Positions 57,001-64,000 of a stretch of 64,000 bases of DNA are shown piece after piece. This stretch comes from Pseudomonadota bacterium (GTDB lineage: Bacteria; Myxococcota; JACRCW01; JAFGSX01). How positions within the stretch are numbered: the stretch's first letter is position 1; each line of letters starts with the position of its first letter. The notes beneath the pieces were generated by a model. The model did not search any database and was not told the origin of the DNA. It worked only from the letters and a program-made list of their open reading frames with translations. The position numbers and the translations under genes were made by a program. The stretch lies in the NCBI GenBank assembly GCA_043821645.1, contig JBDRCO010000003.1, forward strand, positions 255,936 to 319,935, in the 5' to 3' direction.

Positions 57001-59966
57001 AGATCGTGGTGCCCCCGGTGGAGCACTTCCTCGATGTCGAGGTGCGAGCCGATCGCCCGGAGTATCAACCCCGCGCCAAGGCCACGCTGTCCGTGATCAC
57101 GCGCGACCACCAGGGCACACCGGTGTCCGCCGAGGTGGCGCTAGGTCTGGTCGACGAGTCCGTGTTCTACATCCAGCAGGAGTACGCGGCGGATCCGCGG
57201 CAATTCTTTTTCGGCACCAAGCGTGGCGATCACGTGCGCACCAGCAGCACCTTCGGTCATCGCTCCTACATCAAGCTGGGCCCGTTGGTGGCGCCCGAGC
57301 CTGTCTCCGAGACCGAACAGGACGAGAGCACGGGCTCGCTGGGGCTGCGGGGTATGGGCCGCGGCGGCGGCGGCATGCTCGGCGACATGGACGACGAGGG
57401 CGGTATGGCGGAGCTCGCCTCGGCTCCTGCTTCGGGGGCGCGGCGCTCCCGCTCGGCGCGCCCGTCCAAGGCCAGTGCAGAGCGCTTGAAAAAGGACCAG
57501 GCCAGGCCGTCGACGTCGGCGCCACCGTCCATGGAGCCCGCCGAGGCACCCGCGGACAGTGCCGAACCCGCGGTGCAGGTGCGAACGGACTTCAGGGCCA
57601 CCGCTCTGTTCAAGCCCGACCTGGTCACGGACAAGAAGGGCAAGGCCAGCATCCAGGTCACCATGCCCGACACCTTGACGCGCTGGAAGGCCACCGCGCG
57701 CGCCGTGGGACAGGGGAGCGCCTTCGGCCTGGCCACCAGCAGTGCACGCACGCGGCAGCCGCTCATCGTGCGCCTGCAGGCGCCGCGCTTCTTCGTCGTC
57801 GGCGACGTGCTCACCCTGTCGGCAGTGGTCAACAACAACACCCGCAAGGCCCTGGACGCCACCGTGGAACTCGGCGCCAAGGGGCTGCGCGTCGACGGTG
57901 TGCTCAAGCGGGCGGGCAGCAAGCCTGCCGGGGGTGCTCGCACGACGGTGCGCGTACCCGCCGAGGGTGAGGCCAGGGTCGACTGGCAGGTCACCGTGCG
58001 CGAGGCCGGCGACGTGAGCCTGCGCACCACGGCGCGCGGTGGTGGCCACAGCGACGCCATGGAGAAGAGCTTCTTCGCCTGGGAGCACGGCGTGCAGCGC
58101 ATGCTGGCGCGCGCGGGCAAGCTGCGTGGTGACGAGGCCAGCATCACCCTGAAGCTGCCGAAGCGCCGTCCGGGTTCTACCGCGCTCAGCGTGCAGGTGG
58201 CACCAAGCCAGGTCACCACCATGCTCGATGCCTTGCCCTACCTCATCGACTATCCCTATGGCTGCACCGAGCAGACCATGAGCCGCTTTCTTCCCGCGGT
58301 GATCGTGGCCAGGACCCTGCGCGATCTGGGTCTCAAGCCCGAGGCCATCATGGGTAAGGTCTTCGGCGGCATCGAGCAGGAGTTCGTCGACAAGACCCAC
58401 AAGAAGGGCAAGCAGGACCTGGCAGCGCTCGACGTCATGGTCCAGCAAGGGCTCGATAGGCTGGTCGACTTCCAGCACTCCGATGGCGGCTGGGGATGGT
58501 GGAAGGACGGCGACAGCGACCGCTTCATGACCGCCTACGTGGTGTGGGGTCTATCCCTGGCGCGGGGCGCAGGGATCACCCTCAAGAGCAACGTGCTCGA
58601 GCGGGCGGTGCACTATCTCAACGTCAACCTGGTCAACGAGGAGCGGGACCCGGAGCGGCAGGCCTGGCTGCTACATGCGGTCAGCACCTTTCATGCGGTG
58701 AGCAAGAGTCGCCGCGTGCACGAGTACCAGGTCAAAGCCTTCGACAACCTGTTCACCCAGCGAACTCGCCTGAGCGCCTACAGCACCGCCCTGTTGACCC
58801 TGGCCGCGCACAACCTGGGCCACGCCGACAAGGCCAAGATCCTCGTCGACAATCTGCAAAACGGCGTGCTTCGCGACCAGGCACCTGACACCTCGGTGGT
58901 GATGCGCGGCGAGCAGAAGTCGAGCCGCGAGACCCTGGGTACCGCGCACTGGGGGGAGGAGCGCGGCTGGTGGCGCTGGCACCAGGGCGCCATCGAGACC
59001 ACGGCCTTCGTGCTGCGTGCCCTGGTGGCCGTGGATCCGAAAAATCCCCTGATCGAGCCGACCACCAACTGGCTGGCAAAGAACAGGCGCGGCGCGCAGT
59101 GGAGCAACACGCGCGACACGGCCATCGCCGTGCTGGCCCTGAGCGACGCACTGCGAGCCAGTGGAGAGCTCGGCGGTGCCACCGAGTACGAGGTCCTGGT
59201 CAATGGCAAGAGCGTCGCTCGCCAGCGGCTCAGCAAGCAGCAAGCCCTGGTAGCGCCCGGCCTCATCTCCGTCGACAGCACGCTGCTCAAGGACGGGGAT
59301 AACACCGTGGTGATCCGCAAAAAGCAGGGTCAGGCCCTGTACTTCTTCGCCCGCGCCGACTTCTTCAGCCTCGAGGAGCCCATCCCGCCTGCGGGCAACG
59401 AGCTGTTCGTGCGCCGCCAGTACTATCGCTGGGCCGGTCGGCCCACCCTGCTCAAGGGCAAGGTGGTGGAGCGCAGACCCCTGAACGACGGCGACAGCAT
59501 CGCGAGTGGCGAGCGGGTCGAGGTCGTGGTCACGGTCGAGACCAAGAATGACTACGAGTACCTGATCTTCGAAGACCTCAAGCCAGCGGGCTTCGAGGCG
59601 GTCGAGGTCAAGAGCGGGCAAGCGCTGGTCGCGCGCGAGATCAAAAAGAAGACGGTACAGGAGAGCTTCGGTACCGAGCGGACATCCCGGGACCCCGAGG
59701 CCTGGAAGTCTCCGCTGACCTCGGCCGGCTTCGATGAGCGCGATTTCACCGGCCGCAGCCGGGCCGTGTACCAGGAATTGCGAGATCGCAAGGTGGCGCT
59801 CTTCGTCGATCAGATGGGGCAGGGCATCTGGGAACTTCGTTACACCCTGCGCGCCGAGGTGCCCGGGACCTTCCATGCGCTGCCGCTCATGGGCCACGCC
59901 ATGTACGTGCCCGAGATCAAGGCCAACGGTGCCGAGGTCAGGGTTCGCGTCACCGAACGTCCCTGA
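54012..59966 (+). CDS. Bacterial alpha-2-macroglobulin family protein
   Basis: Signal peptide; TDRPAYRP, EEYKLPEF, VDES, VRTDF, PDTLTRW, thioester motif PYGCTEQ, QHSDGGWGWW, YTLRAEVPG..MYVPE. Confidence 0.95.
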   Translation: MTSTSLVALLALHLAAASPSTRLPADYLKLKQQAEQKHAQGAYQQALELYQKASPAKLPPAEKRWIEFRLADASWRSTAAAHRTDSSDFEKAIAELTRLASEVQREQDRDLVWAEVQESLGDYNWLPDHTRNWYTAWQHYQLALDWWAGSSQMELARRRYLRMAIACARPPWRESDYTYGYYGNELPFEVVENLKQLARSREEQALVAYLWVHALQTSGEYEQLVQLSGAFDAALRQGRGTDWYDDLLYGYAQFLESQGRIWQDADGNWMQEPDFARALEIYRRIVKEFKPGQSAFVDEAKERIASITEVELSLGVSNVFLPGSEAEYSLSWRNLSTLDLSLTQVELTEVVQLKTDDSSGAWLERIELGRGKRVKAWTRETKTKPYTYGSVTERLPGVLAAGAYVLEVRSGKHKARDLVLVTEASVVLKSAGSQMVAYVCDALGGAPLPRAKVTVLQQQYRDGHYTWKRHTLSADDQGLAALRFDGDAQGADLFVAASHQGQQAFTTGSRSRVGSGSESFKIYVFTDRPAYRPEDEVQFKFIVRTYQDSVYRTPSGQVVEYQIADPRGAKVSAGTQTLNAFGSGWGTFKLDATIPLGEYRIDFWNAGRSRHIGSAVLFRLEEYKLPEFLVAVKTPEKDGQPRTFRVGDSVEAEVQVDYYFGGAVANAEVEVVVYQAAFYPSWRPTRDYPWYYADIDSAYDRDSGYGGSELKRLQLKTDAQGTARVVFDTPRGVRQDLEYRIEARVTDSSRREVVGSGRVRVTQQSFYVFGQSRHLVHRPSDKVVVDFTAQDANEQPRQVEGTVTVSRDWWYEIWTDSDGKEYTGAALNALRKKPFPPTPGWRLKTQGYQHDEVLRQPQRTGKDGKAAFSFVPKKDGYYRVEWRSVEKGRNPIVASTMVWVASLNTAELGYYQAGLEIILDSDTARVGHSAPILIATDRPGRHVLFTAEGDDLYQFKLLRLDGTVQRVELDIVDAYVPNLFVGAAMVHDTQLVSTQKQIVVPPVEHFLDVEVRADRPEYQPRAKATLSVITRDHQGTPVSAEVALGLVDESVFYIQQEYAADPRQFFFGTKRGDHVRTSSTFGHRSYIKLGPLVAPEPVSETEQDESTGSLGLRGMGRGGGGMLGDMDDEGGMAELASAPASGARRSRSARPSKASAERLKKDQARPSTSAPPSMEPAEAPADSAEPAVQVRTDFRATALFKPDLVTDKKGKASIQVTMPDTLTRWKATARAVGQGSAFGLATSSARTRQPLIVRLQAPRFFVVGDVLTLSAVVNNNTRKALDATVELGAKGLRVDGVLKRAGSKPAGGARTTVRVPAEGEARVDWQVTVREAGDVSLRTTARGGGHSDAMEKSFFAWEHGVQRMLARAGKLRGDEASITLKLPKRRPGSTALSVQVAPSQVTTMLDALPYLIDYPYGCTEQTMSRFLPAVIVARTLRDLGLKPEAIMGKVFGGIEQEFVDKTHKKGKQDLAALDVMVQQGLDRLVDFQHSDGGWGWWKDGDSDRFMTAYVVWGLSLARGAGITLKSNVLERAVHYLNVNLVNEERDPERQAWLLHAVSTFHAVSKSRRVHEYQVKAFDNLFTQRTRLSAYSTALLTLAAHNLGHADKAKILVDNLQNGVLRDQAPDTSVVMRGEQKSSRETLGTAHWGEERGWWRWHQGAIETTAFVLRALVAVDPKNPLIEPTTNWLAKNRRGAQWSNTRDTAIAVLALSDALRASGELGGATEYEVLVNGKSVARQRLSKQQALVAPGLISVDSTLLKDGDNTVVIRKKQGQALYFFARADFFSLEEPIPPAGNELFVRRQYYRWAGRPTLLKGKVVERRPLNDGDSIASGERVEVVVTVETKNDYEYLIFEDLKPAGFEAVEVKSGQALVAREIKKKTVQESFGTERTSRDPEAWKSPLTSAGFDERDFTGRSRAVYQELRDRKVALFVDQMGQGIWELRYTLRAEVPGTFHALPLMGHAMYVPEIKANGAEVRVRVTERP

Positions 59967-60021
59967 GGCATTGCCCAGCATCACCGCTGCGTCCAGGCCG
60001 GGGGCGCGCTAGGGTTCCTGT

Positions 60022-60537
60022 GTGCGCACTCTCTCCGTCGTCATACGCGTCCTGCTGGTGCCTGTGCACCTGGTCCTGGTCTGGCTCTACCGACTGGAGA
60101 TGGCCATGGTCCGCCCGCGCTACGCCATCCGCGGGGCCTGCCAGAGCAATGGAATGTGCTGCCATCGCCTACTGCTGGCCGAGCGCCCTTTGCTGACCTG
60201 GCCCGTGCTGCGCGCCCTGACCCACTTCTGGATGGAGCGCATCTATCCCTTCGTCATCACCAGCAACGCCGTCGAGGACCCGGACAGCAACGAGCTGTAT
60301 CGGATCGTCACCTGCCGCAACCTCGTGAACCGGCGCTGCGCCGAGTACCTGTTGCGTCCCCGCGTGTGCCGGGAGTGGCCCGTGCCGGCCGACGGCGCGC
60401 CACCGGTGCTGTTCCACGGTTGTGGCTTCACGGCTGTGGATCGGGACCGTGGCGACGACCAGGATGCCTCGCGACGGCGGGGTGGGGCCCGGGGGACGGG
60501 GGCTGACGACCTGATGATGCGCTGGCGGCGGCGCTAG
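60022..60537 (+). CDS. YkgJ/CxxCxxCC-family putative Zn/Fe-binding protein
   Basis: GACQSNGMCC, CRNL..RRCAEY..RPRVCREWP, GCGF. Confidence 0.75.
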   Translation: MRTLSVVIRVLLVPVHLVLVWLYRLEMAMVRPRYAIRGACQSNGMCCHRLLLAERPLLTWPVLRALTHFWMERIYPFVITSNAVEDPDSNELYRIVTCRNLVNRRCAEYLLRPRVCREWPVPADGAPPVLFHGCGFTAVDRDRGDDQDASRRRGGARGTGADDLMMRWRRR

Positions 60538-60665
60538 GCGAGACGTCCGCGAGGGATGCTTCGGCGCGGTGCCACGCTGCCGCTGGAGGAGTGTTACAGT
60601 AGGTGTGCGACAACATTCCTGGGCGAGGTACGGACCCCGTCGTTGCTGAAGCGAGAGGTGCATGC

Positions 60666-61586
60666 ATGACCCGAAGGCTCTGTACAAAGATCTCGCGCTA
60701 CCTGACCTCGCTGGCCGTCGTTCCGCTCGCCCTGGCCTGCGCGACCACCTCGGGCCCTGGCGTGACCTGGGAGGACAGAGGCGGCGAGGCCTCCAGGGCG
60801 AACTCCGCAGACTCCACGGCGGCTCAGAGCCACGGTACCAAGGTGAGCCCCGCGGACGTGGCGGCCTCGGTTCGCTCCGCAACCGAGTGTCTCCAGCTGG
60901 CTGAGGCCAACGACAAGCAGAGTGCCCGCACAGGCTGGGCTCTGCTCAACGCCTGCGCCACCCGCAGCGATTTCACGGATCTGGCGGCAGTGCTCCGCGA
61001 GCCCTGGCTGGACCGCGTCAAGAAGTCCACCGCCACACCCAGACTCCTGGCGCGCGTGGTCGCCCATCGCGGTGGGCGGGTCGCCTCGGATCTGGAACGG
61101 ATCCAGCGCAAGGGCATTGCTCTCAAGTCCATCGACCAGGCCCTGGCAGGCAAGGCAGCGCAGGCGGAGCAGGTGCTCACTCGGGGTGACATCCGCGAGA
61201 TGAACCGCACCGCCGGAGGTTGGCTGCTGGTGGTCGAGGAGACGGGCTACCTGTCGGATGTCGCGGTGCCGGCGGAACCCGATGAGGACGAGGTGGACGA
61301 GGTGGCCGAGGCCGCGGAGGCACCGGGCGACGGCTCCGGGGACGACGAGGTCGAGCAGGACGAGTCCGGTGTGCCCGAAGACGAGCTCACGCTGCGCAAG
61401 ACCGGCAAGCGCTTGCTGGTGAAGGCGGCGAAGCTGGATCCGGGTGTGCACGAGGGCCCCGGCTGGGTGTTGCTCCTCCGTTTCGGGGGAAAGCAGCCCT
61501 GCTCGGATGCCTCTGACGATGGACCGCGCGCCTGCGTGGCGGCAGAGCTCGAGGAACTGATCAAGATCGAGGACGAGACCCCCTGA
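60666..61586 (+). CDS. Hypothetical lipoprotein with acidic insertion
   Basis: Lipobox ALAC; GAGG RBS; D/E-rich loop. Confidence 0.75.
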   Translation: MTRRLCTKISRYLTSLAVVPLALACATTSGPGVTWEDRGGEASRANSADSTAAQSHGTKVSPADVAASVRSATECLQLAEANDKQSARTGWALLNACATRSDFTDLAAVLREPWLDRVKKSTATPRLLARVVAHRGGRVASDLERIQRKGIALKSIDQALAGKAAQAEQVLTRGDIREMNRTAGGWLLVVEETGYLSDVAVPAEPDEDEVDEVAEAAEAPGDGSGDDEVEQDESGVPEDELTLRKTGKRLLVKAAKLDPGVHEGPGWVLLLRFGGKQPCSDASDDGPRACVAAELEELIKIEDETP

Positions 61587-61622
61587 GTCGAGCGACCGCC
61601 CTCGTCCTGGCTTCCCTCAGCG

Positions 61623-63128
61623 CTACTCCAGCCTCAGGATGCGCGCTCGCGCCAGGGCCTCTCCGCCCACGGGGAGTCGCAACTCGCCGGGCTTGGCCTC
61701 GATGCGCAGGTACTCCACGCCGCCAGCTCTGATCTCACCGTCGGGCTCGTCCCAGGCCTGAACCGGCGGTCCGTGCAGCGTGTACACACCGTGGGGCAGG
61801 GCGGCAAAAGGATCCACGCCGTAGGAATAGGTGGTGATCGGATCCACGAAGCGCTCGGCGTAGACCATGCTGGGATCCACGCTGACACCTCGGCCAGTGG
61901 CCGCGATCGCCGTGTACCAGTCCAGGGCCAGGTCCCACAGCGCGCGCCCGGTGGTCTGCTCGAGCGCCTCCACGCCTTGTTCTGGTGCGTCGTACAGGTC
62001 CTGTATCCACGCGATGCCGCCGCCGTCGGTGAGGGTGCCGCTCGAATCCACCTGCATGCCACCCATCTGCTCGAACACGAAGCGCAGGAACAGGTAGCTG
62101 CCCCCGCGCAGGGCGCCGTCGCGGTCCGCGTTGTAGTAGGTGCTGCCGCGGAACATGTCGTTGATGCTCAGCGCCTGCGCCGAGTAGTTGTCGTCGCCGC
62201 CGTAGTAGTCTGCCATGTCGATGGCCGCGGCCCACACGAACTGGTTGCCATTGTTGTAGCCCGTCAGATCCTGGGCCAGCGCGGCCAGCCCCTCGGTCAG
62301 GTAGATGTTCTCGCCGTCGGCGCTCACGCCGTTGAGGATGAGCTTGTGGTAGCTGTAGATGAGATGGCTCAGCTCGTGCGCCACGGTCTCGGTGAGTCCG
62401 TTGGCCGACGAGGCCATGTCCGTCGGATCCGGGATGTTGAAGTAGATGATCTCGCCGCCGTTGCCGCCACCGCCGCAGCCTTGCAGGGCACCGATGTCGC
62501 AAGGCGACACGTAGGCCCGGGCGCCGTACTGGTTGACCGTGTAGCTCAGCAGCAGGGCCAGCTTGCCGTCGCTGTCCACGTCGGAGATCGCGCCAAAGAT
62601 CTGCTCCTCGCGCGGCACCACGACGGCCTCGAGTTTCTGGATCACGCTGTCGACCTTGGCCATGTCGATGGAGCCAAAGGGGTTGGCCGTGGTCTTGTCC
62701 TCCCACACCACGAAGCGCGCGGTGACCCGGGTGGCCTCGGCGGTGATGGTGATGGTGCTGGAGCCGTTGTAGACCGAGAAGGTGCGTGTATCTCCCACTT
62801 CAGTCTTGGGGCGCGGGGGGGCTGCCGGACGTTGCGCGGGTGGCTTGTCCGACGGTTGCGAGCGCATGGCCTTCTGCGCCTCGGTGGAGTAGCCCAGGGT
62901 GGTGCCCTGGCGCTCGTTCTGACTCATCAGGACCACCAGGTATGTCCCTGCGCTGGCCAGCCGGATGCTCACTGCGTCGGCCTCGGTCTGCAACTCGGCA
63001 GTCTCACCCGGGGCCAGCTCCACCGGGGGGGGGCCTGCATCCCCGCCGGCGCCCGCGTCGCCCGGATCGTCGGGCTCAAAAGGACAGGCCGCCAGCGCGA
63101 GCAGCAGGAGCAGCGAGATGTGACGCAT
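61623..63128 (-). CDS. Zinc metallopeptidase lipoprotein (M30-like)
   Basis: Lipobox LAAC; FG..SDVDSDGK, AHELSHLI (HExxH), TEGLA third ligand. Confidence 0.82.
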   Translation of the reverse strand: MRHISLLLLLALAACPFEPDDPGDAGAGGDAGPPPVELAPGETAELQTEADAVSIRLASAGTYLVVLMSQNERQGTTLGYSTEAQKAMRSQPSDKPPAQRPAAPPRPKTEVGDTRTFSVYNGSSTITITAEATRVTARFVVWEDKTTANPFGSIDMAKVDSVIQKLEAVVVPREEQIFGAISDVDSDGKLALLLSYTVNQYGARAYVSPCDIGALQGCGGGGNGGEIIYFNIPDPTDMASSANGLTETVAHELSHLIYSYHKLILNGVSADGENIYLTEGLAALAQDLTGYNNGNQFVWAAAIDMADYYGGDDNYSAQALSINDMFRGSTYYNADRDGALRGGSYLFLRFVFEQMGGMQVDSSGTLTDGGGIAWIQDLYDAPEQGVEALEQTTGRALWDLALDWYTAIAATGRGVSVDPSMVYAERFVDPITTYSYGVDPFAALPHGVYTLHGPPVQAWDEPDGEIRAGGVEYLRIEAKPGELRLPVGGEALARARILRLE

Positions 63129-63315
63129 GGTTCTCTCCCTCAAAACAGGCGCGCATCCTGCCATCGCCGACCAGGCTTGAGAAGGGGCGCTAAAAAAAGG
63201 TTCGCACGCCCGCGGCCTGGCGCCCGGGCGGCTTTCGGACCTGCCGCGAGAGCTGTCCCAGCCCTCGACGCAGGATGCAGAAATTTGTCGAAGGGCTTGC
63301 TTCGAAAAGAAAAAC

Positions 63316-63999
63316 CTAGCTCGCGATACGCAACACCGCGGCGGCTCCACGCAGCGAGCTGGTCTTGAGTCGCTGCAGGGCCAGGTTGGCCTGTTCGAGC
63401 TCGAAGCTCTCGACCTGCGTGCGTACACCGGCGCGCGTCGCGGCCAGCAGCAGCTCGCGCGCGTCCTGGCGCGTGGCGTTGGCAACCGAGCGCAGCACCT
63501 TCTCGTGGTACAGGTGCCGGTCATAGTCCAGTGTCGGTATGGCATCCGTGTAGATACCGGCGCAGGCGACCACACCGCCCCTGTTCACGCGCTCCAGCGC
63601 CGCGCGCAGGCTGGCACCGCTGGGCGTAAAGGAAATGGCCGCATCGAGCAGGATGCGCGGGGCGGCGTCGGATCCACCGGCCCAGGCAGCGCCGAGCTGC
63701 CTCGCCAGCTCCTGGTTGGCTGGCGAGCGGGTGAACACGTAGACCTCGAGATCCCGCTGGTGCGCGAGCTGGATCACGATGTGAGCCGAGGCTCCGAAGC
63801 CGAACAGCCCGAGGCTGCCGCCGTCGCGGACCCCGCATAGCTTGAGGGCGCGATGACCGATGACTCCGCCGCACAGCAGCGGCGCAGCCGACACCGGATC
63901 GCCCATTTCGTCGGGTAACTCGACCAGAAAGTCGACTGCTGCCAGGGCCTGCTGGGCAAACCCACCGTCCGCATCGAAACCCGTGAAGCGCGCGCTCGG
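63316..63999 (-). CDS. Zinc-dependent alcohol dehydrogenase family protein, 5' truncated by window edge
   Basis: ARFTGFDADGGFAQ, AAPLLCGGVIG, GLFGFGASAH, SVANATRQD, GAAVL-like end. Confidence 0.92.
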   Translation of the reverse strand, partial: PSARFTGFDADGGFAQQALAAVDFLVELPDEMGDPVSAAPLLCGGVIGHRALKLCGVRDGGSLGLFGFGASAHIVIQLAHQRDLEVYVFTRSPANQELARQLGAAWAGGSDAAPRILLDAAISFTPSGASLRAALERVNRGGVVACAGIYTDAIPTLDYDRHLYHEKVLRSVANATRQDARELLLAATRAGVRTQVESFELEQANLALQRLKTSSLRGAAAVLRIAS

Positions 64000-64000
64000 A

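Overview
High-GC bacterial DNA whose gene content (Hanks-type kinase with FHA proteins, HEAT repeats, many Cys-rich lipoproteins with Asp-Ala-Gly linkers, alpha-2-macroglobulin) suggests Myxococcota/deltaproteobacteria; this is an inference. About 47 CDSs are supported, including nrdJ, glnA, aceE, pdxH, an acyl-CoA carboxyltransferase, a BKACE enzyme, a Cys-less thiolase plus DUF35 pair, an LpoB/YcfL/COG3014-type lipoprotein operon and two very large surface proteins. No rRNA, tRNA or CRISPR array was seen. The best candidate for an undescribed system is a radical SAM/SPASM maturase (4620-5963) ending 11 nt before a 150-aa protein (4156-4608) with an EF-hand-like domain, a Ser-rich linker and repeated (S/T)GC motifs ending in Cys, i.e. 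a possible RiPP or protein-modification pair. The second is a glycosylation locus (GT2, B12-radical SAM, epimerase, PIG-L deacetylase, GT-C-like membrane protein). It is bounded by decayed DNA that the ORF track does not resolve: a frameshifted ERG24-type sterol reductase fragment on the left, and an argF 3' end abutting an IS3 right end on the right. Structured leaders precede nrdJ and the thiolase operon. All family calls come from motif recognition by eye, not database searches, and several start codons were moved from the ORF track using RBS and signal-peptide evidence.
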